NCBI GenBank assembly: GCA_964016885.1
Contig: OZ024743.1
Coordinates: forward strand, 236,406,001 to 236,470,000
Direction: 5' to 3'
DNA length: 64,000 nt
From: Eledone cirrhosa
Lineage: Eukaryota
The notes beneath the pieces are model-generated. The model saw only the letters and a list, made by a program, of their open reading frames with translations, was not told the DNA's origin and made no database searches. This document shows, one piece after another, positions 38,901-53,900 of this stretch. Position 1 is the first letter of the stretch. The number at the start of each line of letters is the position of its first letter. The translations under genes and the position numbers were made by a program.

Positions 38901-41900
38901 AGGTTGTATATTCCTTCAGTCAATCTCCTATACTACAGGTTGTATGTTCCTTCAGTCAAACTCCTATACTACTGGTTGTATATTCCTTCAGTCAATCTCC
39001 TATACTACTGGTTGTATATTCCTTCGGTCAATCTCCTATACTACAGGTTGTATATTCCTTCAGTTAATCTCCTATACTACGGGTTGTATATTCCTTCAGT
39101 CAATCTCCTATACTACAGGTTGTATGTTCCTTCAGTCAATCTCCTATAATATGGATTGTATGTTCCTGCAGTCAATCTCCTATACTACTGGTTGTATGTT
39201 CCTTCAGTCAATCTCCTATACTACGGGTTGTATGATCCTTCAGTCAATCTCCTATACTACAGGTTGTATGTTCCTTCAGTCAATCTCCTATACTACAGGT
39301 TGTATGTTCCTTCAGTCAATCTCCTATACTACAGGTTGTATGTTCCTTCAGTCAATCTCCTATACTACTGGTTGTATGTTCCTTCAGTCAATCTCCTATA
39401 CTACGGATTGTATGTTCCTTCAGCCAATCCCCAATACTACTGGTTGTATGATCCTTCAGTCAATCTCCTATAAAACTGGTTGTATATTCCTTCAGTCAAT
39501 CTCCTATACTACTGGTTGTATGTTCCTTCAGTCAATCACCTATACTACAGGTTGTATATTCCTTCAGTCAATCTCCTATACTACAGGTTGTATGTTCCTT
39601 CAGTCAATCTCCTATACTACAGGTTGTATATTCCTTCAGTCAATCTCCTATACTACAGGTTGTATGTTCCTTCAGTCAATCTCATATACTACTGGTCGTA
39701 TATTCCTTCAGTCAATCTCCTATACTACAGGTTGTATATTCCTTCAGTCAATCTCCTATACTACAGGCTGTATGTTCCTTCAGTCAATCTCCTATACTAC
39801 TGGTTGTATATTCCTTCAGTTAATCTCCTATACTACTGGTTGTATGTTCCTTCAGTCAATCTCCTATACTACAGGTTGTATGTTCCTTCAGTCAATCTCC
39901 TATACTACAGGTTGTATATTCCTTCAGTCAATCTCCTATACTACAGGTTGTATGTTCCTTCAGTCAAACTCCTATACTACTGGTTGTATATTCCTTCAGT
40001 CAATCTCCTATACTACTGGTTGTATATTCCTTCAGTCAATCTCCTATACTACAGGTTGTATATTCCTTCAGTTAATCTCCTATACTACTGGTTGTAGGTT
40101 CCTTCAGTTAATCTCCTATACTACTGGTTGTATGTTCCTTCAGTCAATCTCCTATACTACAGGTTGAATATTCCTTCAGTCAATCTCCTATACTACTGGT
40201 TGTATGTTCCTTCAGTCAATCTCCTATACTACGTATTGTATGTTCCTTCAGTCAATCTCCTATACTATTGGTTGTATGTTCCTTCAGTCAATCTCCTATA
40301 CTACTGGTTGTATGTTCCTTCAGTCAATCTCCTATACTACGGATTGTATGTTCCTTCAGTCAATCTCCTATACTACTGGTTGTATGTTCCTTCAGTCAAT
40401 CTCCTATACTACTGGTTGTATGTTCCTTCAGTCAATCTCCTATACTACGGATTGTATGTTCATTCAGTCAATCTCCTATACTACTGGTTGTATGTTCCTT
40501 CAGTCAATCTCCTATACTACGGATTGTATATTCCTTCAGTCAATCTCCTATACTACAGGTTGTATGTTCCTTCAGTCAATCTCCTATACTACTGGTTGTA
40601 TATTCCTTCAGTCAATCTCCTATACTACTGGTTGTATGTTCCTTCAGTCAATCTCCTATACTACGGATTGTATGTTCCTTCAGTCAATCTCCTATACTAC
40701 TGGTTGTATATTCCTTCAATCAATCTCCTATACTACTGGTTGTATGTTCCTTCAGTCAATCTCCTATACTACAGGTTGTATATTCCTTCAGTCAATCTCC
40801 TACACTACTAGTTGTATGTTCCTTCAGTCAATCTCCTATACTACAGGTTGTATATTCATTCAGTCAATCTCCTGTACTACTGGTTGTATGTTCCTTCAAT
40901 CAATCTCCTATACTACAGGTTGTATATTCCTTCAGTCAATCTCCTATACTACAGGTTGTATGTTCCTTCAGTCAATCTCCTATACTACAGGTTGTATATT
41001 CCTTCAGTCAATCTCCTATACTACAGGTCGTATGTTCCTTCAGTCAAACTCCTATACTACTGGTTGTATATTCCTTCAGTCAATCTCCTATACTACTGGT
41101 TGTATATTCCTTCGGTCAATCTCCTATACTACAGGTTGTATATTCCTTCAGTTAATCTCCTATACTACGGGTTGTATATTCCTTCAGTCAATCTCCTATA
41201 CTACAGGTTGTATGTTCCTTCAGTCAATCTCCTATAATATGGAGTGTATGTTCCTGCAGTCAATCTCCTATACTACTGGTTGTATGTTCCTTCAGTCAAT
41301 CTCCTATACTACGGATTGTATGATCCTTCAGTCAATCTCCTATACTACAGGTTGTATGTTCCTTCAGTCAATCTCCTATACTACAGGTTGTATGTTCCTT
41401 CAGTCAATCTCCTATACTACAGGTTGTATGTTCCTTCAGTCAATCTCCTATACTACTGGTTGTATGTTCCTTCAGTCAATCTCCTATACTACGGATTGTA
41501 TGTTCCTTCAGTCAATCCCCAATACTACTGGTTGTATGTTCCTTCAGTCAATCTCCTATACAACTGGTTGTATATTCCTACAGTCAATCTCCTATACTAC
41601 TGGTTGTATGTTCCTTCAGTCAATCTCCTATACTACAGGTTGTATATTCCTTCAGTCAATCTCCTATACTACAGGTTGTATGTTCCTTCAATCAATCTCC
41701 TATACTACAGGTTGTATATTCCTTCAGTCAATCTCCGATACTACATGTTGTATGTTCCTTCAGTCAATCTCATATACTACTGGTCGTATATTCCTTCAGT
41801 CAATCTCCTATACTACAGGTTGTATATTCCTTCAGTCAATCTCCTATACTACAGACTGTATGTTCCTTCAGTCAATCTCCTATACTACTGGTTGTATATT

Positions 41901-44900
41901 CCTTCAGTTAATCTCCTATACTACTGGTTGTATGTTCCTTCAGTCAATCTCCTATACTACTGGTGGTATGTTCCTTCAGTCAATCTCCTATACTACTGGT
42001 TGTATATTCCTTCAGTCAATCTCCTATACTACAGGTTGTATATTCCTTCAGTTAATCTCCTATACTACTGGTTGTAGGTTCCTTCAGTTAATCTCCTATA
42101 CTACTGGTTGTATGTTCCTTCAGTCAATCTCCTATACTACAGGTTGAATATTCCTTCAGTCAATCTCCTATACTACTGGTTGTATGTTCCTTCAGTCAAT
42201 CTCCTATACTACGGATTGTATGTTCCTTCAGTCAATCTCCTATACTACTGGTTGTATGTTCCTTCAGTCAATCTCCTATACTACGGATTGTGTTCCTTCA
42301 GTCAATCTCCTATACTACTGGTTGTATGTTCCTTCAGTCAATCTCCTATACTACTGGTTGTATGTTCCTTCAGTCAATCTCCTATACTACGGATTGTATG
42401 TTCCTTCAGTTAATCTCCTATACTACTGGTTGTATGTTCCTTCAGTCAATCTCCTATACTACGGATTGTATATTCCTTCAGTCAATCTCCTATACTACAG
42501 GTTGTATGTTCCTTCAGTCAATCTCCTATACTACTGGTTGTATATTCCTTCAGTCAATCTCCTATACTACTGGTTGTATGTTCCTTCAGTCAATCTCCTA
42601 TACTACGGATTGTATGTTCCTTCAGTCAATCTCCTATACTACTGGTTGTATATTCCTACAATCAATCTCCTATACTACTGGTTGTATGTTCCTTCAGTCA
42701 ATCTCCTATACTACAGGTTGTATGTACCTTCAGTCAATCTCCTATACTACGGGTTGTATGTTCCTTCAGTCAATCTCCTATACTACTGGTTGTATGTTCC
42801 TTCAGTCAATCTCCTATACTACGGGTTGTATGTTCCTTCAGTCAATCTCCTATACTACGGGTTGTATGTTCCTTCAGTCAATCTCCTATACTACGGGTTG
42901 TAAGTTCCTTCAGTCAATCTCCTATACTACGGGTTGTATGTTCCTTCAGTCAATCTCCTATACTACTGGTTGTATGTTCCTTCAGTCAATCTCCTATACT
43001 ACGGATTGTATGTTCCTTCAGTCAATCTCCTATACTACTGGTTGTATGTTCCTTCAGTCAATCTCCTATACTACTGGTTGTATGTTCCTTCAATCAATCT
43101 CCTATACTACAGGTTGTATGTACCTTCAGTCAATCTCCTATACTACGGGTTGTATGTTCCTTCAGTCAATCTCCTATACTACTGGTTGTATGTTCCTTCA
43201 GTCAATCTCCTATACTACGGGTTGTATGTTCCTTCAGTCAATCTCCTATACTACGGTTTGTATGTTCCTTCAGTCAATCTCCTATACTACGGGTTGTATG
43301 TTCCTTCAGTCAATCTCCTATACTACGGGTTGTATGTTCCTTCAGTCAATCTCCTATTATACGGGTTGTATGTTCCTTCAGTCAATCTCCTATACTACTG
43401 GTTGTATGTTCCTTCAGTCAATCTCCTATACTACGGGTTGTATGTTCCTTCAGTCAATCTCCTATACTACGGGTTGTATGTTCCTTCAGTCAATCTCCTA
43501 TACTACAGGTTGTATGTTCCTTCAGTCAATCTCCTATACTACTGGTTGTATGTTCCTTCAGTCAATCTCCTATACTACAGGTTGTATGTTCCTTCAGTCA
43601 ATCTCCTATACTACTGGTTGTATATTCCTTCATTCAATCTCCTATACTACAGGTTGTATGTTCCTTCAGTCAATCTCCTATACTACTGATTCTATGTTCC
43701 TTCAGTCAATCTCCTATACTACGGGTTGTATGTTCCTTCAGTCAATCTCCTATACTACAGGTTGTATGTTCCTTCAGTCAATCCCCTATACTACTGGTTG
43801 TATATTCCTTCAGTCAATCCCCTATACTACTGGTTGTATATTCCTTCAGTCAATCTCCTATACTACTGGTTGTATGTTCCTTCAGTCAATCTCCTATACT
43901 ACAGGTTGTATGTTCCTTCAGTCAATCTCTTATAAAACAGGTTGTATGTTCCTTCAGTCAATCTCCTATACTACTGGTTGTATGTTGCTTCAGTCAATAT
44001 CCTATACTACTGGTTGTATGTTCCTTCAGTCAATCTCCTATAATACTGGTTGTATGTTCCTTCAGTCAATCTCCTATACTACTGGTTGTATATTCCTTCA
44101 GTTAATCTACTATACTACGTGTTGTATATTCCTTCAGTCAATCTCCTATACTACTGGTTGTATATTCCTTCAGTCAATCTCCTATACTACTGGTTGTATG
44201 TTCCTTCAGTCAATCTCCTATACTACAGGTTGTATGTACCTTCAGTCAATCTCCTATACTACGGGTTGTATGTTCCTTCAGTCAATCTCCTATACTACTG
44301 GTTGTATGTTCCTTCAGTCAATCTCCTATACTACGGGTTGTATGTACCTTCAGTCAATCTCCTATACTACGGGTTGTATGTTCCTTCAGTCAATCTCTTA
44401 TACTACTGGTTGTATGTTCCTTCAGTCAATCTCCTATACTACAGGTTGTATGTACCTTCAGTCAATCTCCTATACTACGGGTTGTATGTTCCTTCAGTCA
44501 ATCTCCTATACTACTGGTTGTATGTTCCCTCAGTCAATCTCCTATACTACGGGTTGTATGTTCCTTCAGTCAATCTCCTATACTACGGGTTGTATGTTCC
44601 TTCAGTCAATCTCCTATACTACGGGTTGTAATTTCCTTCAGTCAATCTCCTATACTACGGGTTGTATGTTCCTTCAGTCAATCTCCTATACTACTGGTTG
44701 TATGTTCCTTCAGTCAATCTCCTATACTACGGATTGTATGTTCCTTCAGTCAATCTCCTATACTACTGGTTGTATGTTCCTTCAGTCAATCTCCTATACT
44801 ACTGGTTGTATGTTCCTTCAATCAATCTCCTATACTACAGGTTGTATGTACCTTCAGTCAATCTCCTATACTACGGGTTGTATGTTCCTTCAGTCAATCT

Positions 44901-47900
44901 CCTATACTACTCGTTGTATGTTCCTTCAGTCAATCTCCTATACTACGGGTTGTATGTTCCTTCAGTCAATCTCCTATACTACGGGTTGTATGTTCCTTCA
45001 GTCAATCTCCTATACTACGGGTTGTATGTTCCTTCAGTCAATCTCCTATACTACGGGTTGTATGTTCCTTCAGTCAATCTCCTATACTACGGGTTGTATG
45101 TTCCTTCAGTCAATCTCCTATACTACGGGTTGTATGTTCCTTCAGTCAATCTCCTATTCTACGGGTTGTATGTTCCTTCAGTCAATCTCCTATACTACAG
45201 GTTGTATGTTCCTTCAGTCAATCTCCTATACTACGGGTTGTATGTTCCTTCAGTCAATCTCCTATTATACGGGTTGTATGTTCCTTCAGTCAATCTCCTA
45301 TACTACTGGTTGTATGTTCCTTCAGTCAATCTCCTATACTACGGGTTGTATGTTCCTTCAGTCAATCTCCTATACTACGGGTTGTATGTTCCTTCAGTCA
45401 ATCTCCTATACTACAGGTTGTATGTTCCTTCAGTCAATCTCCTATACTACTGATTGTATGTTCCTTCAGTCAATCTCCTATACTACGGGTTGTATGTTCC
45501 TTCAGTCAATCTCCTATACTACAGGTTGTATGTTCCTTCAGTCAATCCCCTATACTACTGGTTGTATATTCCTTCAGTCAATCCCCTATACTACTGGTTG
45601 TATATTCCTTCAGTCAATCTCCTATACTACTGGTTGTATGTTCCTTCAGTCAATCTCCTATACTACAGGTTGTATGTTCCTTCAGTCAATCTCTTATAAA
45701 ACTGGTTGTATGTTCCTTCAGTCAATCTCCTATACTACTGGTTGTATGTTGCTTCAGTCAATATCCTATACTACTGGTTGTATGTTCCTTCAGTCAATCT
45801 CCTATAATACTGGTTGTATGTTCCTTCAGTCAATCTCCTATAATACTGGTTGTATGTTCCTTCAGTCAATCTCCTATACTACTGGTTGTATATTCCTTCA
45901 GTTAATCTACTATACTACTGGTTGTATATTCCTTCAGTCAATCTACTATACTACTGGTTGTATGTTCCTTCAGTCAATCTCCTATACTACAGGTTGTATG
46001 TACCTTCAGTCAATCTCCTATACTACGGGTTGTATGTTCCTTCAGTCAATCTCCTATACTACTGGTTGTATGTTCCTTCAGTCAATCTCCTATACTACGG
46101 GTTGTATGTACCTTCAGTCAATCTCCTATACTACGGGTTGTATGTTCCTTCAGTCAATCTCTTATACTACTGGTTGTATGTTCCTTCAGTCAATCTCCTA
46201 TACTACAGGTTGTATGTACCTTCAGTCAATCTCCTATACTACGGGTTGTATGTTCCTTCAGTCAATCTCCTATACTACTGGTTGTATGTTCCTTCAGTCA
46301 ATCTCCTATACTACGGGTTGTATGTTCCTTCAGTCAATCTCCTAATCTACGGGTTGTATGTTCCTTCAGTCAATCTCCTATACTACGGGTTGTAAGTTCC
46401 TTCAGTCAATCTCCTATACTACGGGTTGTATGTTCCTTCAGTCAATCTCCTATACTACTGGTTGTATGTTCCTTCAGTCAATCTCCTATACTACGGATTG
46501 TATGTTCCTTCAGTCAATCTCCTATACTACTGGTTGTATGTTCCTTCAGTCAATCTCCTATACTACTGGTTGTATGTTCCTTCAATCAATCTCCTATACT
46601 ACAGGTTGTATGTACCTTCAGTCAATCTCCTATACTACGGGTTGTATGTTCCTTCAGTCAATCTCCTATACTACTGGTTGTATGTTCCTTCAGTCAATCT
46701 CCTATACTACGGGTTGTATGTTCCTTCAGTCAATCTCCTATACTACGGGTTGTATGTTCCTTCAGTCAATCTCCTATACTACGGGTTGTATGTTCCTTAA
46801 GTCAATCCCCTATACTACGGGTTGTATGTTCCTTCAGTCAATCTCCTATACTACGGGTTGTATGTTCCTTCAGTCAATCTCCTATTCTACGGGTTGTATG
46901 TTCCTTCAGTCAATCTCCTATACTACAGGTTGTATGTTCCTTCAGTCAATCTCCTATACTACTGGTTGTATGTTCCTTCAGTCAATCTCCTATACTACTG
47001 GTTGTATGTTCCTTCAGTCAATCTCCTATACTACTGGTTGTATATTCCTTCAGTCAATCTCCTATACTACAGGTTGTATGTTCCTTCAGTCAATCTCCTA
47101 TACTACTGGTTGTATGTTCCTTCAGTCAATCTCCTATACTACGGATTGTATGTTCCTTCAGTCAATCCCCAATACTACTGGTTGTATGTTCCTTCAGTCA
47201 ATCTCCTATACAACTGGTTGTATATTCCTTCAGTCAATCTCCTATACTACTGGTTGTATGTTCCTTCAGTCAATATCCTATACTACGGGTTGTATGTTCC
47301 TTCAGTCAATCTCCTATTATACGGGTTGTATGTTCCTTCAGTCAATCTCCTATACTACTGGTTGTATGTTCCTTCAGTCAATCTCCTATACTACGGGTTG
47401 TATGTTCCTTCAGTCAATCTCCTATACTACGGGTTGTATGTTCCTTCAGTCAATCTCCTATACTACAGGTTGTATGTTCCTTCAGTCAATCTCCTATACT
47501 ACTGGTTGTATGTTCCTTCAGTCAATCTCCTATACTACAGGTTGTATGTTCCTTCAGTCAATCTCCTATACTACTGGTTGTATATTCCTTCAGTCAATCT
47601 CCTATACTACAGGTTGTATGTTCCTTCAGTCAATCTCCTATACTACTGGTTGTATGTTCCTTCAGTCAATCTCCTATACTACGGGTTGTATGTTCCTTCA
47701 GTCAATCTCCTATAATACAGGTTGTATGTTCCTTCAGTCAATCCCCTATACTACTGGTTGTATATTCCTTCAGTCAATCTCCTGTACTACTGGTTGTATG
47801 TTCCTTCAGTCAATCTCCTATACTACAGGTTGTATATTCCTTCAGTCAATCTCCTATACTACAGGTTGTATGTTCCTTCAGTCAATCTCCTATACTACAG

Positions 47901-50900
47901 GTTGTATATTCCTTCAGTCAATCTCCTATACTACAGGTTGTATGTTCCTTCAGTCAAACTCCTATACTACTGGTTGTATATTCCTTCAGTCAATCTCCTA
48001 TACTACTGGTTGTATGTTCCTTCAGTCAATCTCCTATACTACTGGTTGTATGTTCCTTCAGTCAATCTCCTATACTACGGGTTGTATGTTCCTTCAGTCA
48101 ATCTCCTATACTACGGGTTGTAAGTTCCTTCAGTCAATCTCCTATACTACGGGTTGTATGTTCCTTCAGTCAATATCCTATACTACTGGTTGTATGTTCC
48201 TTCAGTCAATCTCCTATACTACGGATTGTATGTTCCTTCAGTCAATCTCCTATACTACTGGTTGTATGTTCCTTCAGTCAATCTCCTATACTACTGGTTG
48301 TATGTTCCTTCAATCAATCTCCTATACTACAGGTTGTATGTACCTTCAGTCAATCTCCTATACTACGGGTTGTATGTTCCTTCAGTCAATCTCCTATACT
48401 ACTCGTTGTATGTTCCTTCAGTCAATCTCCTATACTACGGGTTGTATGTTCCTTCAGTCAATCTCCTATACTACGGGTTGTATGTTCCTTCAGTCAATCT
48501 CCTATACTACGGGTTGTATGTTCCTTAAGTCAATCCCCTATACTACGGGTTGTATGTTCCTTCAGTCAATCTCCTATACTACGGGTTGTATGTTCCTTCA
48601 GTCAATCTCCTATTCTACGGGTTGTATGTTCCTTCAGTCAATCTCCTATACTACTGGTTGTATGTTCCTTCAGTCAATCTCCTATACTACTGGTTGTATA
48701 TTCCTTCAGTCAATCTCCTATACTACAGGTTGTATGTTCCTTCAGTCAATCTCCTATACTACTGGTTGTATGTTCCTTCAGTCAATCTCCTATACTACGG
48801 ATTGTATGTTCCTTCAGTCAATCCCCAATACTACTGGTTGTATGTTCCTTCAGTCAATCTTCTATACAACTGGTTGTATATTCCTTCAGTCAATCTCCTA
48901 TACTACTGGTTGTATGTTCCTTCAGTCAATATCCTATACTACGGGTTGTATGTTCCTTCAGTCAATCTCCTATTATACGGGTTGTATGTTCCTTCAGTCA
49001 ATCTCCTATACTACTGGTTGTATGTTCCTTCAGTCAATCTCCTATACTACGGGTTGTATGTTCCTTCAGTCAATCTCCTATACTACGGGTTGTATGTTCC
49101 TTCAGTCAATCTCCTATACTACAGGTTGTATGTTCCTTCAGTCAATCTCCTATACTACTGGTTGTATGTTCCTTCAGTCAATCTCCTATACTACAGGTTG
49201 TATGTTCCTTCAGTCAATCTCCTATACTACTGGTTGTATATTCCTTCAGTCAATCTCCTATACTACAGGTTGTATGTTCCTTCAGTCAATCTCCTATACT
49301 ACTGGTTGTATGTTCCTTCAGTCAATCTCCTATACTACGGGTTGTATGTTCCTTCAGTCAATCTCCTATAATACAGGTTGTATGTTCCTTCAGTCAATCC
49401 CCTATACTACTGGTTGTATATTCCTTCAGTCAATCTCCTGTACTACTGGTTGTATGTTCCTTCAGTCAATCTCCTATACTACAGGTTGTATATTCCTTCA
49501 GTCAATCTCCTATACTACAGGTTGTATGTTCCTTCAGTCAATCTCCTATACTACAGGTTGTATATTCCTTCAGTCAATCTCCTATACTACTGGTTGTATG
49601 TTCCTTCAGTCAATCTCCTATACTACGGGTTGTATGTTCCTTAAGTCAATCCCCTATACTACGGGTTGTATGTTCCTTCAGTCAATCTCCTATACTACGG
49701 GTTGTATGTTCCTTCAGTCAATCTCCTATTCTACGGGTTGTATGTTCCTTCAGTCAATCTCCTATACTACAGGTTGTATGTTCCTTCAGTCAATCTCCTA
49801 TACTACTGGTTGTATGTTCCTTCAGTCAATCTCTTATACTACTGGTTGTATGTTCCTTCAGTCAATCTCCTATACTACAGGTTGTATGTACCTTCAGTCA
49901 ATCTCCTATACTACGGGTTGTATGTTCCTTCAGTCAATCTCCTATACTACTGGTTGTATGTTCCCTCAGTCAATCTCCTATACTACGGGTTGTATGTTCC
50001 TTCAGTCAATCTCCTATACTACGGGTTGTATGTTCCTTCAGTCAATCTCCTATACTACGGGTTGTAAGTTCCTTCAGTCAATCTCCTATACTACGGGTTG
50101 TATGTTCCTTCAGTCAATCTCCTATACTACAGGTTGTATGTTCCTTCAGTCAATCTCCTATACTACGGGTTGTATGTTCCTTCAGTCAATCTCCTATTAT
50201 ACGGGTTGTATGTTCCTTCAGTCAATCTCCTATACTACTGGTTGTATGTTCCTTCAGTCAATCTCCTATACTACGGGTTGTATGTTCCTTCAGTCAATCT
50301 CCTATACTACGGGTTGTATGTTCCTTCAGTCAATCTCCTATACTACAGGTTGTATGTTCCTTCAGTCAATCTCCTATACTACTGATTGTATGTTCCTTCA
50401 GTCAATCTCCTATACTACGGGTTGTATGTTCCTTCAGTCAATCTCCTATACTACAGGTTGTATGTTCCTTCAGTCAATCCCCTATACTACTGGTTGTATA
50501 TTCCTTCAGTCAATCCCCTATACTACTGGTTGTATATTCCTTCAGTCAATCTCCTATACTACTGGTTGTATGTTCCTTCAGTCAATCTCCTATACTACAG
50601 GTTGTATGTTCCTTCAGTCAATCTCCTATACTACTGGTTGTATGTTCCTTCAGTCAATCTCCTATACTACTGGTTGTATGTTCCTTCAGTCAATCTCCTA
50701 TACTACTGGTTGTATATTCCTTCAGTCAATCTCCTATACTACAGGTTGTATGTTCCTTCAGTCAATCTCCTATACTACTGGTTGTATGTTCCTTCAGTCA
50801 ATCTCCTATACTACGGATTGTATGTTCCTTCAGTCAATCCCCAATACTACTGGTTGTATGTTCCTTCAGTCAATCTCCTATACAACTGGTTGTATATTCC

Positions 50901-53900
50901 TTCAGTCAATCTCCTATACTACTGGTTGTATGTTCCTTCAGTCAATATCCTATACTACGGGTTGTATGTTCCTTCAGTCAATCTCCTATTATACGGGTTG
51001 TATGTTCCTTCAGTCAATCTCCTATACTACTGGTTGTATGTTCCTTCAGTCAATCTCCTATACTACGGGTTGTATGTTCCTTCAGTCAATCTCCTATACT
51101 ACGGGTTGTATGTTCCTTCAGTCAATCTCCTATACTACAGGTTGTATGTTCCTTCAGTCAATCTCCTATACTACTGGTTGTATGTTCCTTCAGTCAATCT
51201 CCTATACTACAGGTTGTATGTTCCTTCAGTCAATCTCCTATACTACTGGTTGTATATTCCTTCAGTCAATCTCCTATACTACAGGTTGTATGTTCCTTCA
51301 GTCAATCTCCTATACTACTGGTTGTATGTTCCTTCAGTCAATCTCCTATACTACGGGTTGTATGTTCCTTCAGTCAATCTCCTATAATACAGGTTGTATG
51401 TTCCTTCAGTCAATCCCCTATACTACTGGTTGTATATTCCTTCAGTCAATCTCCTGTACTACTGGTTGTATGTTCCTTCAGTCAATCTCCTATACTACAG
51501 GTTGTATATTCCTTCAGTCAATCTCCTATACTACAGGTTGTATGTTCCTTCAGTCAATCTCCTATACTACAGGTTGTATATTCCTTCAGTCAATCTCCTA
51601 TACTACAGGTTGTATGTTCCTTCAGTCAAACTCCTATACTACTGGTTGTATATTCCTTCAGTCAATCTCCTATACTACTGGTTGTATGTTCCTTCAGTCA
51701 ATCTCCTATACTACTGGTTGTATGTTCCTTCAGTCAATCTCCTATACTACGGGTTGTATGTTCCTTCAGTCAATCTCCTATACTACGGGTTGTAAGTTCC
51801 TTCAGTCAATCTCCTATACTACGGGTTGTATGTTCCTTCAGTCAATCTCCTATACTACTGGTTGTATGTTCCTTCAGTCAATCTCCTATACTACGGATTG
51901 TATGTTCCTTCAGTCAATCTCCTATACTACTGGTTGTATGTTCCTTCAGTCAATCTCCTATACTACTGGTTGTATGTTCCTTCAATCAATCTCCTATACT
52001 ACAGGTTGTATGTACCTTCAGTCAATCTCCTATACTACGGGTTGTATGTTCCTTCAGTCAATCTCCTATACTACTCGTTGTATGTTCCTTCAGTCAATCT
52101 CCTATACTACGGGTTGTATGTTCCTTCAGTCAATCTCCTATACTACGGGTTGTATGTTCCTTCAGTCAATCTCCTATACTACGGGTTGTATGTTCCTTAA
52201 GTCAATCCCCTATACTACGGGTTGTATGTTCCTTCAGTCAATCTCCTATACTACGGGTTGTATGTTCCTTCAGTCAATCTCCTATTCTACGGGTTGTATG
52301 TTCCTTCAGTCAATCTCCTATACTACAGGTTGTATGTTCCTTCAGTCAATCTCCTATACTACTGGTTGTATGTTCCTTCAGTCAATCTCCTATACTACTG
52401 GTTGTATGTTCCTTCAGTCAATCTCCTATACTACTGGTTGTATATTCCTTCAGTCAATCTCCTATACTACAGGTTGTATGTTCCTTCAGTCAATCTCCTA
52501 TACTACTGGTTGTATGTTCCTTCAGTCAATCTCCTATACTACGGATTGTATGTTCCTTCAGTCAATCCCCAATACTACTGGTTGTATGTTCCTTCAGTCA
52601 ATCTCCTATACAACTGGTTGTATATTCCTTCAGTCAATCTCCTATACTACTGGTTGTATGTTCCTTCAGTCAATATCCTATACTACGGGTTGTATGTTCC
52701 TTCAGTCAATCTCCTATTATACGGGTTGTATGTTCCTTCAGTCAATCTCCTATACTACTGGTTGTATGTTCCTTCAGTCAATCTCCTATACTACGGGTTG
52801 TATGTTCCTTCAGTCAATCTCCTATACTACGGGTTGTATGTTCCTTCAGTCAATCTCCTATACTACAGGTTGTATGTTCCTTCAGTCAATCTCCTATACT
52901 ACTGGTTGTATGTTCCTTCAGTCAATCTCCTATACTACAGGTTGTATGTTCCTTCAGTCAATCTCCTATACTACTGGTTGTATATTCCTTCAGTCAATCT
53001 CCTATACTACAGGTTGTATGTTCCTTCAGTCAATCTCCTATACTACTGGTTGTATGTTCCTTCAGTCAATCTCCTATACTACGGGTTGTATGTTCCTTCA
53101 GTCAATCTCCTATAATACAGGTTGTATGTTCCTTCAGTCAATCCCCTATACTACTGGTTGTATATTCCTTCAGTCAATCTCCTGTACTACTGGTTGTATG
53201 TTCCTTCAGTCAATCTCCTATACTACAGGTTGTATATTCCTTCAGTCAATCTCCTATACTACAGGTTGTATGTTCCTTCAGTCAATCTCCTATACTACAG
53301 GTTGTATATTCCTTCAGTCAATCTCCTATACTACTGGTTGTATGTTCCTTCAGTCAATCTCCTATACTACGGGTGGTATGTTCCTTAAGTCAATCCCCTA
53401 TACTACGGGTTGTATGTTCCTTCAGTCAATCTCCTATACTACGGGTTGTATGTTCCTTCAGTCAATCTCCTATTCTACGGGTTGTATGTTCCTTCAGTCA
53501 ATCTCCTATACTACAGGTTGTATGTTCCTTCAGTCAATCTCCTATACTACTGGTTGTATGTTCCTTCAGTCAATCTCTTATACTACTGGTTGTATGTTCC
53601 TTCAGTCAATCTCCTATACTACAGGTTGTATGTACCTTCAGTCAATCTCCTATACTACGGGTTGTATGTTCCTTCAGTCAATCTCCTATACTACTGGTTG
53701 TATGTTCCCTCAGTCAATCTCCTATACTACGGGTTGTATGTTCCTTCAGTCAATCTCCTATACTACGGGTTGTATGTTCCTTCAGTCAATCTCCTATACT
53801 ACGGGTTGTAAGTTCCTTCAGTCAATCTCCTATACTACGGGTTGTATGTTCCTTCAGTCAATCTCCTATACTACTGGTTGTATGTTCCTTCAGTCAATCT

